DNA of 64,000 nt from positions 1-64,000 of the IMG/VR virus record IMGVR_UViG_3300027805_000010. One strand, given 5' to 3'. The translations under genes and the position numbers were made by a program. Numbering within the stretch: the first letter of the stretch is position 1; every line of letters starts with the position of its first letter. Origin of the DNA: a virus. The notes beneath the pieces are model-generated. The model ran no database searches and was not told where the DNA came from. It saw nothing but the letters and a program-made list of their open reading frames with translations. Positions 39,984-49,845 of the stretch are shown here, in pieces.

Positions 39984-40544
39984 ATGAACGTTAAATCCTT
40001 AACATTAAAAAATAAACTGGTTGACGAAAAGACTGGTGAGTTTTATTTTGACTTAACTGCGCCTTCATTTGTATATGAAGCAGATCTTGGTGTTAAAGCA
40101 TTGCACTATGTAATGCCTGATCAAATTGGACGAATTGATAAAATATCAGAAATCTATTTTGGTAGCTCTGAATACATTGATGCGATATGTGTAATCAATA
40201 ACATATTTAATCCATTCATAATACAAGAAGGTGATGTTCTTGTTATTCCTGATTTATCAAGACCTGATCTTGTTTATCAACGACCTAACCCAGCATCTAG
40301 GCCAACTCCTACACAGGAACCTTATGTTGATACTGGACGTCAATCACAAAAGGATCAATCTAGAGTTCAGAGACTTATACAAAAAGCAAAAGAAAAACCA
40401 GCAGGAGTAAAAACCCCTCTCCCTCCTAATATGCTACAGCCCGGTCAGGATGTTAAAGTATATGAAGGCGGTAATATTAAATTAGGAGCAAACTTACCTT
40501 CTAGAAGCACTTTTATTAACGCAAACGATAGTAGTAATAGATAA
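39984..40544 (+). CDS. Baseplate wedge protein, gp53/LysM-like
   Basis: HYV....GRIDKISEIYFGS...ICVINNIFNPF.IQEGDVLVIP. Confidence 0.75.
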   Translation: MNVKSLTLKNKLVDEKTGEFYFDLTAPSFVYEADLGVKALHYVMPDQIGRIDKISEIYFGSSEYIDAICVINNIFNPFIIQEGDVLVIPDLSRPDLVYQRPNPASRPTPTQEPYVDTGRQSQKDQSRVQRLIQKAKEKPAGVKTPLPPNMLQPGQDVKVYEGGNIKLGANLPSRSTFINANDSSNR

Positions 40545-42025
40545 TGTCAGCAATTGAAAGAAACATATTAACAATAATTGAACCAACAATTGTATTAGAT
40601 GAATTAAAGATTCCTGATATTGAAAGCGGCACAGCAAATTCAAATGGCAGTGCAGCAAAAGAAAAGCCCAGTAAATTTGCTAACGTTATACCTATTGTCA
40701 AAATAAATCAATATGATGTTCAGGGTGATAGATTAGAAATGTTTGAAATTGACTGCACTGGGTTTTACCCAACATGTAGATTTTCATTCTCTGATAGGGA
40801 CGGTATGTTTACTGCAAGACACTTCCCAAAGGACGGTGATATTATTCAAGTCTATATAAGATCAGCTGGTGAAGAAACTACATTTAAGCCAATACGAATT
40901 GATTTTACTATTGAAGATATTAAACCAATAGGTGGTGGAGGATCAACTAATGAAGCAAGTCAAATTTTAGTTGAAGGTAGAATGAATGTACCTAATCTGT
41001 TTACAGAGAAGGTTGAGTTCCAAGAAGGTAATAGCTGGGATGCTTTATTAAATATTGCAGAAGGTTTAAAGTTAGGATATGCATCCAATGTTGATTTAAC
41101 AGATGATGCTCAGGTGTGGACAAATTCATATGATACTTCAATGAAATTTATACAGGACATTACGGCAAATGTATATCTTAATGATGAATCATTTTTTACA
41201 TCATACATTGATCCTTATTATTACTTAACCCTAGTTGATGTAAACAAACTATTTGGGCAAGAAACAGATTTAGAATCATCATTAATGTTTACACAAAATG
41301 CAGGAGATACTATGGGAGCAGGTGATCCTAAAGATTCTGAATATCAAATGCCTAATATGCTAAGTAATATGATACAGATGCAAGGCACCGCTAGATACAT
41401 TTCTAGGTATCAACAAATAAACAGAAGTGGTCAAATCAGTAAGGATAATGGTTATAAAAGATACACTCAATTTTGGGATCTTAACTCTAAAGAATTTATC
41501 AGTGAATTCGTTGATCCTATTATGGGTGATACCCCAGGTATGGTACCTGTGACAAAAGGAAGACTGATTAATGGGGAAGTTGAAGGCCCACGTAATGATC
41601 AAGTTAAATACAAGTATCTAGGTACACAAGGCGACAATGTTCATCCTAATTACATGTATAGTGCAATTCTAAATTATCAAAACTTAGTAGAGATTAATAA
41701 ATTTGGAATGATTGTTGAATTAGACATGATTAATCCTGCAATCTGGAGATACAGTAGAATTTATTGCCAAATATTAGAATTTGGTCAAAATGTTAAAGAT
41801 GTTCTTACTGCGCCTAGTAATGATCCAAATGTACCAAGCGGTACTAAGAGAAGACAGGAAACTCCAAATAACGTAGGAAGCGATAGTAGTTCTGATAATG
41901 GAGTTATCAATGAATATCTTACCGGGTTTTATGTTATCACTGGTATTGATTATATTTTAACAAAGCCAGGTGGCTTACGTCAAAGACTACATTTACGTAG
42001 AAGAGAAGTGGTTCCAACTACATAA
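40544..42025 (+). CDS. Baseplate hub-like protein (gp27/gp44 type)
   Basis: Position between the LysM wedge and the spike; C-terminal YLTGFYVITGIDY..QRLHLRRRE. Confidence 0.55.
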   Translation: MSAIERNILTIIEPTIVLDELKIPDIESGTANSNGSAAKEKPSKFANVIPIVKINQYDVQGDRLEMFEIDCTGFYPTCRFSFSDRDGMFTARHFPKDGDIIQVYIRSAGEETTFKPIRIDFTIEDIKPIGGGGSTNEASQILVEGRMNVPNLFTEKVEFQEGNSWDALLNIAEGLKLGYASNVDLTDDAQVWTNSYDTSMKFIQDITANVYLNDESFFTSYIDPYYYLTLVDVNKLFGQETDLESSLMFTQNAGDTMGAGDPKDSEYQMPNMLSNMIQMQGTARYISRYQQINRSGQISKDNGYKRYTQFWDLNSKEFISEFVDPIMGDTPGMVPVTKGRLINGEVEGPRNDQVKYKYLGTQGDNVHPNYMYSAILNYQNLVEINKFGMIVELDMINPAIWRYSRIYCQILEFGQNVKDVLTAPSNDPNVPSGTKRRQETPNNVGSDSSSDNGVINEYLTGFYVITGIDYILTKPGGLRQRLHLRRREVVPTT

Positions 42026-42049
42026 AATAAATAAAAAAACAAATAAGTA

Positions 42050-43417
42050 ATGCCAATTAATGAACCATATAATCCTGTAAATGATCCTACTATAAATCCG
42101 TTTGCTAGGAGACGTGGAAATTTTATTAAGACATTTGTAACACCAGCTAGTTCAGTTTCTGGTGGAGGCAATGGTGTTACCAGTTTAGATGATCCAACCT
42201 ATTTAGGATTTTCGCTAAGATTCGATATATCAAGTCCACTATTTAATGGAGCTGCGAATGGAACACCTGCAAAACCACCGAGTGAAACTCCATTGGTTGA
42301 TGCGATTGGAGATAGTTTATTAGGACCAGCCCCAGAGCCACCATTAAGTGGCGAAGAAGGACAATTTATACCAGGCGGTGAATCAGCAATAGGTTACTTA
42401 AAAAAAGTTGGAGAAAAAACTAGAGCATCATATCTAGCTTCATTTATACAAGGTCTTCGTGAAGTTAATGAATACCGACCTTATTATTGGCAAACTATTG
42501 AAGGTTTAAATGATGCATGGACTAAATCTTTAAATATGCTTGATCCGTTTCAGGGATCAGGTGATGGTGAAGGTATTACAATCGGTTGTCTTGAGGCGGT
42601 TGATTTAAAGATAAGCGCGCTATTTAATTTATATAAATCTGCTGTTTATGATGTTGGATATAAAAGAACAGTTCTACCAAAGAACTTAATGTATTTTAGA
42701 GTTTATGTTGATGTTTATGAAATAAGAAGATTCAAATCAACACAAGGCTGGTTAACAAAGCTTAATCCTAATGCTCCACAAAACGATGTAGATAGATTTC
42801 TAAATGATAACACTTCAAGAATAACTTTTGTTTTTGACGAATGTCAATGGATGCCTGAAGCAAGCGGTAAAGTATTTGATAATGTTACTAATGCAGGAGG
42901 AAATGAAATGTCTGCAACTAGCATGAAATGGTCATATAGTACAATTTCAATGATATCTGATTTTGCAGGAATAGATCAGGAGTTAAGCGATAAAGCTAAA
43001 TTACAAACCCAAGGTGGATTAGGAGCCGCTGTTAAAAATGCCGCTAAGAATCAGGCACTTAAGGCAGCTAACGCCGCATTAAATAGAGGAGTAGGCGCAG
43101 TTAAAGCTTTGGCACAAGGCGCAATATTAGGTAATGCATTTGGTCTGAGAAATCAAATCATTGGAGTATTACAAAATCCAGGAGCTGTATCAAGTGCTAT
43201 AGCAGGTGCTATGGTACAATCAGGTGGATCTTCTTCCAATATTAAACTAGGTGATAATCCTTTAGGCGCTGGTATACAACCAGGTGGATCTTTACCAACT
43301 GATAATATCTATTTAGGATTAGTCCCTGGCAGTGGATCTCAATTAGGATCTTCTAATGTATTTGGTCCTGGTCCTTCTGGCCCTGGTCCTTTAGAATCTA
43401 ATAACGTATTTGGTTAA
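42050..43417 (+). CDS. Tail-tube-like / baseplate structural protein
   Basis: Genomic context and tube-like strand pattern (ITIGCLE..D, ITFVFDEC). Confidence 0.4.
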   Translation: MPINEPYNPVNDPTINPFARRRGNFIKTFVTPASSVSGGGNGVTSLDDPTYLGFSLRFDISSPLFNGAANGTPAKPPSETPLVDAIGDSLLGPAPEPPLSGEEGQFIPGGESAIGYLKKVGEKTRASYLASFIQGLREVNEYRPYYWQTIEGLNDAWTKSLNMLDPFQGSGDGEGITIGCLEAVDLKISALFNLYKSAVYDVGYKRTVLPKNLMYFRVYVDVYEIRRFKSTQGWLTKLNPNAPQNDVDRFLNDNTSRITFVFDECQWMPEASGKVFDNVTNAGGNEMSATSMKWSYSTISMISDFAGIDQELSDKAKLQTQGGLGAAVKNAAKNQALKAANAALNRGVGAVKALAQGAILGNAFGLRNQIIGVLQNPGAVSSAIAGAMVQSGGSSSNIKLGDNPLGAGIQPGGSLPTDNIYLGLVPGSGSQLGSSNVFGPGPSGPGPLESNNVFG

Positions 43418-44313
43418 TGAAGTTATCAGCAAAAGATTTAAAAACAGATGATTTAAAAGGATCACAGTGGATTGGTATCGTTGAAGATACTAATGATGAT
43501 CTATTTGAAGGTCGATGCAAAATTAGAGTACTCGGCAAAATGGATCAGCGAGTTGATCCAGCCGATCCTGCTAGCGATTTTGTTTTACCTACACAAGCTC
43601 TACCTTGGGCTAGGCCTTCTGTTGCTTCATCGGGTGGTAGTCAAACCGGAAGTGGAACATTCTCTGTACCTAAATTAGGAACCGTTCTTAGAATTACATT
43701 TGACAATGGAAATTACTATTCTCCAGTTTATCATGAATCTATTTATCCTTCAGATGAATTAAAGACAGAAATTCAAAACTCATATCCTAACTCTCATATA
43801 CTTATTTATGATACCGCGTTTGGTTTAACTGGTGGTGGTAATGAAGAAGTAACAAACGAAAGGGAAGGGGAAAGTATAAAAGTTTTCTTCACAGAAGAAA
43901 AAGGATTAGTAATGGATTATACAACTGCGACTGGTCCAACCGTGATTAACATTAAACCAGATAACAGTGTTGAAATAACCAATGCAAATGGTGATACAAT
44001 CGTTATGTTAAATGATGGTAATATTACATTTACACATTCAGCTAAGTTCATTATTAATAGTACTGATAACACAGAGATCAATTGTAAAGACGCAATCATA
44101 AAATGTCAAACGGCAGATGTAACTGCATCTACTAAAGCAATTATTGATTCTCCTAAAATTGAGTTAGGTAGAGGAGCAACGGAATCTGTTATTAAAGGTG
44201 ATGCATTTGCACAAATCTTTGATAATCATATTCACCCAACTCCATCAGGACCTAGTTCAAAACCAATTGTATCAATGAAATCAACTTTAAGTAAAGTTTC
44301 TGCAACTAAATAA
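43417..44313 (+). CDS. Baseplate central spike (gp5/VgrG OB-fold)
   Basis: WIGIVED..D..EGRCKIRV, LPWA.P, VPKLGT.V.I.F.NG..Y.PVY; C-terminal HIH metal motif. Confidence 0.85.
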   Translation: MKLSAKDLKTDDLKGSQWIGIVEDTNDDLFEGRCKIRVLGKMDQRVDPADPASDFVLPTQALPWARPSVASSGGSQTGSGTFSVPKLGTVLRITFDNGNYYSPVYHESIYPSDELKTEIQNSYPNSHILIYDTAFGLTGGGNEEVTNEREGESIKVFFTEEKGLVMDYTTATGPTVINIKPDNSVEITNANGDTIVMLNDGNITFTHSAKFIINSTDNTEINCKDAIIKCQTADVTASTKAIIDSPKIELGRGATESVIKGDAFAQIFDNHIHPTPSGPSSKPIVSMKSTLSKVSATK

Positions 44314-44315
44314 TT

Positions 44316-44951
44316 ATGCCGGCAAATTGGTCAACCTTTAGAAGTAATATGAAAGCTAAGTTAGGTACTCCTAACCAGCGAACAATATCTGAGATTGCAG
44401 ATATCCATGCAACTGAATATGTTAATGCAGTTAAATCTGCGCAATTAGTTATAACATCAAGTAAGGTAACTATTGGAGTAAACAAAGGCGTGGTTAAGTC
44501 TGCATATGAAGCTGCGTTTAACAAACTCTTTAAAGAAACAACTGAAATGTCACCTAATTACAAAGGAGATAATCCTAACCCAAATCAAGAAGATTCCAGA
44601 AATAAGATAGAAGCAATCTTTGCGCCAGTTGCAACAGCAATTACGGTGGAATGGGCAAAAGAAATATTTACTCCAGTTACGGTACCGGTTGGATATGTTT
44701 TACCAACTACAGGTTACCAGGTATTAGTACCAGGAGATCCTAACGCTCTCAAGAAAGATTTAGCTAAAGCCTTTTTTATTGCACAATCAGAGACTAATCA
44801 AGAAACTGCATTTAATGTTTTTATTACTGCTCTTATCGCAGCATATGCCGAACATCTCCTTAAAATAGCAGGAGTCTTTAACGGATTAATTCCGGTACCA
44901 TCGGCACCACCGGTTCCAGGTCCACCCTTTCCATGGGTTGGTGTTGTGTAA
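44316..44951 (+). CDS. Hypothetical structural protein
   Basis: Follows the spike gene; Pro-rich PFPWVG end. Confidence 0.55.
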   Translation: MPANWSTFRSNMKAKLGTPNQRTISEIADIHATEYVNAVKSAQLVITSSKVTIGVNKGVVKSAYEAAFNKLFKETTEMSPNYKGDNPNPNQEDSRNKIEAIFAPVATAITVEWAKEIFTPVTVPVGYVLPTTGYQVLVPGDPNALKKDLAKAFFIAQSETNQETAFNVFITALIAAYAEHLLKIAGVFNGLIPVPSAPPVPGPPFPWVGVV

Positions 44952-45040
44952 ATGAAACAATTCTAGTATTCATACATAAAATATCTAAAGTAGACGACTA
45001 ATATATAATCTATAGTTAACATCCTAATGTAAAAAAAATA

Positions 45041-46195
45041 ATGATCGAACAAGAAATTACAATCCAAATTGGAGAAAGTCCATTTGACACAAAAAAAGTT
45101 AAAGTTCAAGTACCACACGGCACGAAAATATTATGTACTGAAAGCTATGTACTAGAATCCTTAGCATTATATGGCTTAGGGGAAGACATAGAAGGTAATA
45201 TACAAAAATGTGAAAACAAAGAAAAGTATATTACACAAGGTGAAATCGTAGTGATATCTAGAGATAAAGCCGGAAATAAAGAAAGCGCATTAATTGATAT
45301 AGGATCTAAATTTACTGCCTTCTGTTCCTTATTAAAAGAACCTAAAGAAATTATTGATCAACTTGAAGTAGGCATGACGGTTGATGTTAAAGTAAAAACA
45401 GCGCCAAATGGTACTGTAATGGCTTCAATATCAGATGCAATAGATGAAGTTAAATTTAATGAAATCTATAATGCGGTTGGAAATAAATCAATTGGATTTA
45501 ATGGACAAATCGTTGAACTTATTAATGGAGGTTACTGGGTAGATCTTGCTGGAATTAAATGCTTTATGCCAGGTTCTCTTGCTGGTCTAAATAAATTATG
45601 GAACTTTGAATCTATTGTTGGCGAAACTCTAATCGTTATGCCAGTATCATATTCTATAGAAAAGAATACAATAATTGTTTCTCATAGAGAATATCTTAAT
45701 ACACTTATTCCAAATGCAATTGATGATCTTAATGAAAATATTAAGGATCACTTAACTGGAGTTGTTACAGGTACTACCAAGTTTGGAGTATTTGCTGAAT
45801 TTAATAAGTGCTTAACTGGATTGATTCCTAACACTGAATTGGACGAAGAAACACTAGATAAATTCAATAGATATGAAATTAAACCTGGTGATGAAATATC
45901 TTTCTGGACTAAAGAGATAATTAATGATAAGAAAATTATTTTAACTCAAACTGGACCAAAGGAAGATCTTTGGGATAAGATTGATGAAAAGTATAAACCT
46001 ATGATGATTGCCCCAGGTGTTGTAACAAAGGTTACAAAGTATGGTGCTTTCGTTGAATTAGAGAAAGGTATTAGTGGTCTTATTCATAAAACTAAACTTA
46101 AAGAAACTTCGTTAGATCGAGGCGATAAGGTTAGTATTAGAATTCAAGCTGTTAATTCATCTGAGAGAAAGATAACGATGACCCTTGCTGATTAA
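45041..46195 (+). CDS. rpsA: Ribosomal protein bS1-like multi-S1-domain RNA-binding protein
   Basis: S1 repeats GGYWVDLAGIKCFMPGS, GVVTGTTKFGVFAEF..LTGLIP, GVVTKVTKYGAFVELEKGISGLIH..ERKITMTL. Confidence 0.8.
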   Translation: MIEQEITIQIGESPFDTKKVKVQVPHGTKILCTESYVLESLALYGLGEDIEGNIQKCENKEKYITQGEIVVISRDKAGNKESALIDIGSKFTAFCSLLKEPKEIIDQLEVGMTVDVKVKTAPNGTVMASISDAIDEVKFNEIYNAVGNKSIGFNGQIVELINGGYWVDLAGIKCFMPGSLAGLNKLWNFESIVGETLIVMPVSYSIEKNTIIVSHREYLNTLIPNAIDDLNENIKDHLTGVVTGTTKFGVFAEFNKCLTGLIPNTELDEETLDKFNRYEIKPGDEISFWTKEIINDKKIILTQTGPKEDLWDKIDEKYKPMMIAPGVVTKVTKYGAFVELEKGISGLIHKTKLKETSLDRGDKVSIRIQAVNSSERKITMTLAD

Positions 46196-46224
46196 CTTAG
46201 ATATATAAAAAAAAATAAAACAAG

Positions 46225-47223
46225 ATGAATAGACAGGATATCCTTAAACAAATTCAGGAACAAAGCCGATTCACCTATGCACAGGCTAGAAAAAATGCTT
46301 TGCATGAAGCTGTAATTAATAATCCATTAGCTAATGCTGCTGCGGCGGGTGCTGCGGCAAGTGGTGGTGGAAGACCTACTGTATTTGAATTTGTAGTAAA
46401 TACAACACAAGAACTTGACTTTAGATTTGAATTTGTTTCTACAGGTGAACCAATTGAATTTACTATTGATTGGGGTGATGGTAATATTCATGTAGATTCA
46501 GGTGGTGGAGGATTCTATTCAGAAGAACATACATATGACGAAGGCGGAGAGTACACAGTTAAAGTTACATTTGATGATCCTCTTAAAGTATTACAGTTGG
46601 ATTTTCCAGGTTGGGATGATAATTATTCATCTTTAGTATCAATAACTGGTTTACAAACCCTTGCCAATTTACAACAGTTTAGAGCGGACTATAATTCATT
46701 AGTAAGCGTAGATTTTTCAGGAATGACTAATCTTACATATATTGATATAAGTGATTGTGATGATCTTGATACAGGCGCGCCATCATTAACAAGTGTTAAT
46801 GTTTCAGGTTGTACTTCATTAGTATCTCTTTATCTTGATGACAGTGATTTTTCTGCTGGAACTCCAGATTTAACTGGTTTAAATAACCTTGAATTTATAG
46901 ATATTGATGATTGTAATATTACTAGTATTGACTTATCAATGTTGCCTTCTTTAAAAGGTTTTGATCTAAGTAATAACGACGGTATCACAAATGTAATTAT
47001 ATCAAATACCCAGCCTCTTGGTGATGGCTATGATGTGGATGTGGATGACGGAGCTCTAACGGAAGAAGCTGTAGATAACATCTTAGTTGCTTTAAGTACT
47101 AATGGGATAGAAAATGGTTATGTTGATTTGGCCGGAGGTACCAATGCAATTCCTAGTGCAACTGGTCTTTCTGCTAAAACAGTCCTAGAGGGTAACGGCT
47201 GGAGTGTGAATGTTAATTCATAA
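46225..47223 (+). CDS. PKD + leucine-rich-repeat protein
   Basis: IDWGDG..HTY...GEYTVKV (PKD); LxxLxxLxLxxNxL repeats. Confidence 0.75.
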   Translation: MNRQDILKQIQEQSRFTYAQARKNALHEAVINNPLANAAAAGAAASGGGRPTVFEFVVNTTQELDFRFEFVSTGEPIEFTIDWGDGNIHVDSGGGGFYSEEHTYDEGGEYTVKVTFDDPLKVLQLDFPGWDDNYSSLVSITGLQTLANLQQFRADYNSLVSVDFSGMTNLTYIDISDCDDLDTGAPSLTSVNVSGCTSLVSLYLDDSDFSAGTPDLTGLNNLEFIDIDDCNITSIDLSMLPSLKGFDLSNNDGITNVIISNTQPLGDGYDVDVDDGALTEEAVDNILVALSTNGIENGYVDLAGGTNAIPSATGLSAKTVLEGNGWSVNVNS

Positions 47224-47243
47224 AAGAAAATCATAGACCATAC

Positions 47244-48545
47244 ATGTATTCTAATGAGCAACTTAATGCTATACATTTTTCAAAGATAGGATTTGGATTT
47301 GAGTTTATTGCTAAAGATAGTGTTAACACTGTAAAGGATAATCTTTCAAATGCATTAAACAAAAGAATTCGTGTAGATGAAAATAGGAATAGTGATTTTT
47401 TACCAACATCTGATACATTTAAACTAGTACCTAACTTTAATGCTAGTAAAGGAATGACCAGTCTTTCAACCGGTCTTCTTCCTTTTGTTGAAGCAAAGTT
47501 AATTTTATCAAAAACTTTAAAGTGGATAAGAGAAAATGCCACGACTACCGATAGATGTTCTATTCATGTTCAAATTTCATTTGATAGTGAAAAGCTAGGT
47601 CCATCTATAAATATACCAAGATTGGATATTGGTAAATTTGTTCTTAACTTTGATGAAGATAAAGTTTATGATGCCTTTCCTGAAAGAAGAGATACAGTTC
47701 ACGCTAAATCTATTAAGTTTATTCTACCCTTTAGTGGAATGACTCATTCTTCACCGGGTAAGAGTATGTGGAAAAACTATATGTTTATTGATGATAAGTA
47801 TTACGGTGTAGATTTTACCGGCATTGGAAAGGGACATATTGATTTTAAATATTTAGGTGGTACCGATTATGAAAAAAAGTATACCACGGTACTTTCAATG
47901 ATAGAGCATTTTATTGTTTCGCTATATGATGTACTTAGTAATCCAATCTATACAAAGGATGATCTAAAAAAATTAGACGATGTTTTAGCTAAGCATAAGG
48001 ATGTTATGCAGGCATATAAGAACTTTGATTCATTTAAAAAACAGTTTCCTAAAATATCAGTATTAGTTGATCTTAAAACTCCAAGTCAAATTGTTAGTAT
48101 GTATTATCCAAAAATTAGAGAAAAGATTTTTGATTTACTAACTAAAGGTGGTATGGATACTGGAGTAATTAATTATGATAGCGATTCTGGACGTATACAA
48201 ATTAAAGATGCTACGTTAACACAATGTTTTGAAATTACAGGCGTTGATATTTTCCAATGTAAAGTAAAAGGTAATATTAAGCAATGTGATATATTCCATT
48301 CTGAAATTGTGGATTCTAATATTTTTGAATCCAATGTATTTGGAATGTCTGAATGTAAAGATTCAAAAATTGAAGATTCATATATTAGTCGAAACGTAGA
48401 AGTTAATAATTGCTATGTATTTGGACCTAAAGGTGTTTTTAGTGGTGATATGAAAGGCGGTATTTTTAGACAAGGCCGAGCTACTAAATTTGCAACATTT
48501 TCAGATGATACTGAAATTGTAGAAATACAAAAAATTAATATGTAA
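47244..48545 (+). CDS. Amidoligase (COOH-NH2 ligase)-like protein with C-terminal beta-helix
   Basis: IGFGFEF, T.DRCSIHV.ISF, KYYGVDF, IDFKYLGG; several expected Glu/Arg positions look substituted. Confidence 0.55.
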   Translation: MYSNEQLNAIHFSKIGFGFEFIAKDSVNTVKDNLSNALNKRIRVDENRNSDFLPTSDTFKLVPNFNASKGMTSLSTGLLPFVEAKLILSKTLKWIRENATTTDRCSIHVQISFDSEKLGPSINIPRLDIGKFVLNFDEDKVYDAFPERRDTVHAKSIKFILPFSGMTHSSPGKSMWKNYMFIDDKYYGVDFTGIGKGHIDFKYLGGTDYEKKYTTVLSMIEHFIVSLYDVLSNPIYTKDDLKKLDDVLAKHKDVMQAYKNFDSFKKQFPKISVLVDLKTPSQIVSMYYPKIREKIFDLLTKGGMDTGVINYDSDSGRIQIKDATLTQCFEITGVDIFQCKVKGNIKQCDIFHSEIVDSNIFESNVFGMSECKDSKIEDSYISRNVEVNNCYVFGPKGVFSGDMKGGIFRQGRATKFATFSDDTEIVEIQKINM

Positions 48546-48549
48546 GTAT

Positions 48550-49392
48550 ATGGGTTACGTAGATTGTAATAGTCCTGAATCGCAAGCATGCTTAGATGAA
48601 TTAATCAAACAGATTAATGATGATCTAACCATTGGTTGTCAATTACCCTTTACAGTTCCTAAACGAGAATTGGCTAGGATTATTGATAGAGCAAAAGATT
48701 ACTTTTATAAAGTATATGAAGATAGTGTAGAGGAAATGTATATTGCATTACCTGCATCTGCATGGTCAAAACCAACTTTTAGAAAAGGTATAGAGGATGA
48801 CAGTGATACTCTTTCAAAGACTAACACTGAAGATACTCGCGGTATAGTACCAATGCCATCGACTGTTTATTCAGTTAATAATGTTTTTGAATGGCAAGGT
48901 TTTTCTGGTGAAGATGGCGGATGGCAAACAAATTACTTTTCTGCTGGCGACGTTGACTTCTCTATTCAAAAGTTTATATACTCAGATACTTATGGACCAG
49001 GTTTAGGTTCAGAGAACTTAATGGCATATGTAATTAATTCAAGTTTCCTTGATACTACTCGTCAAGTTTTATTACCACAAATATCATATTCATATAATCG
49101 TTTAACCAAGAAATTTAGATTCCAAGGTCAGTTACCAAAACAGGCGTGTATTTTTCAGGTGTATAACACAATTCCTGACTGTGCATTGTTCCAGGATGAA
49201 ATTTTTGTTAGATATTGTATTGCAAAAGCAAAAATACAATTGGCAAGGATTTTAGGAACATTCTCATTTAATCTTCCAGGTAACATTACGATTAATTTTG
49301 ACCTTATCTCATCAGAAGGAAAAGACGACTTAGCTGCTATTATAGAAGAGATTAAAGGTGATGAAGGTGTAGATTGGTTTTACACTGGATAA
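48550..49392 (+). CDS. Neck/head-tail adaptor protein (T4 gp13-like)
   Basis: YCIAKAKIQLARILGTF..NLPGNITIN..I..EG. Confidence 0.7.
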   Translation: MGYVDCNSPESQACLDELIKQINDDLTIGCQLPFTVPKRELARIIDRAKDYFYKVYEDSVEEMYIALPASAWSKPTFRKGIEDDSDTLSKTNTEDTRGIVPMPSTVYSVNNVFEWQGFSGEDGGWQTNYFSAGDVDFSIQKFIYSDTYGPGLGSENLMAYVINSSFLDTTRQVLLPQISYSYNRLTKKFRFQGQLPKQACIFQVYNTIPDCALFQDEIFVRYCIAKAKIQLARILGTFSFNLPGNITINFDLISSEGKDDLAAIIEEIKGDEGVDWFYTG

Positions 49393-49459
49393 TACCTTTG
49401 AATCTATAATCTAATTTACTATTTTTTAGCAGAGAATATATATTAAAAGAATATTCTCT

Positions 49460-49825
49460 ATGTTAAACGATATCTATAGCAGGGGTCAAGCCGAAAACAA
49501 ATTTAACTCTACAGTTGTAGAGGTTACGGACGATATATCACAGCTTATATTGAAAATTGAGAACGCTCTTTTTACAAGAAAGGGAGAAGTATTAGGTGTA
49601 CCTGATTTTGGCTGTAATTTAGATGACCTTATTTTTTCATTAGTACTTAACGAGTCAGTAATTCAAGAAAGAATTAATAGTCAAATACAGGCATATTGTT
49701 TACTTGATTATGATACGAGATTTAATATTGATACTCAGGTATCATTTTTTCAAACAGAAGGAAGAAATGGTGCGTTGGTCGATATTTATATAAATGAGAC
49801 CAGGGTAATTGGGGCCCTATTTTAA
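49460..49825 (+). CDS. Baseplate wedge protein, gp25-like
   Basis: LFTRKGEVLGVPDFGCNLDDLIF. Confidence 0.85.
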   Translation: MLNDIYSRGQAENKFNSTVVEVTDDISQLILKIENALFTRKGEVLGVPDFGCNLDDLIFSLVLNESVIQERINSQIQAYCLLDYDTRFNIDTQVSFFQTEGRNGALVDIYINETRVIGALF

Positions 49826-49845
49826 AAATAAAAACATAAAGATAA

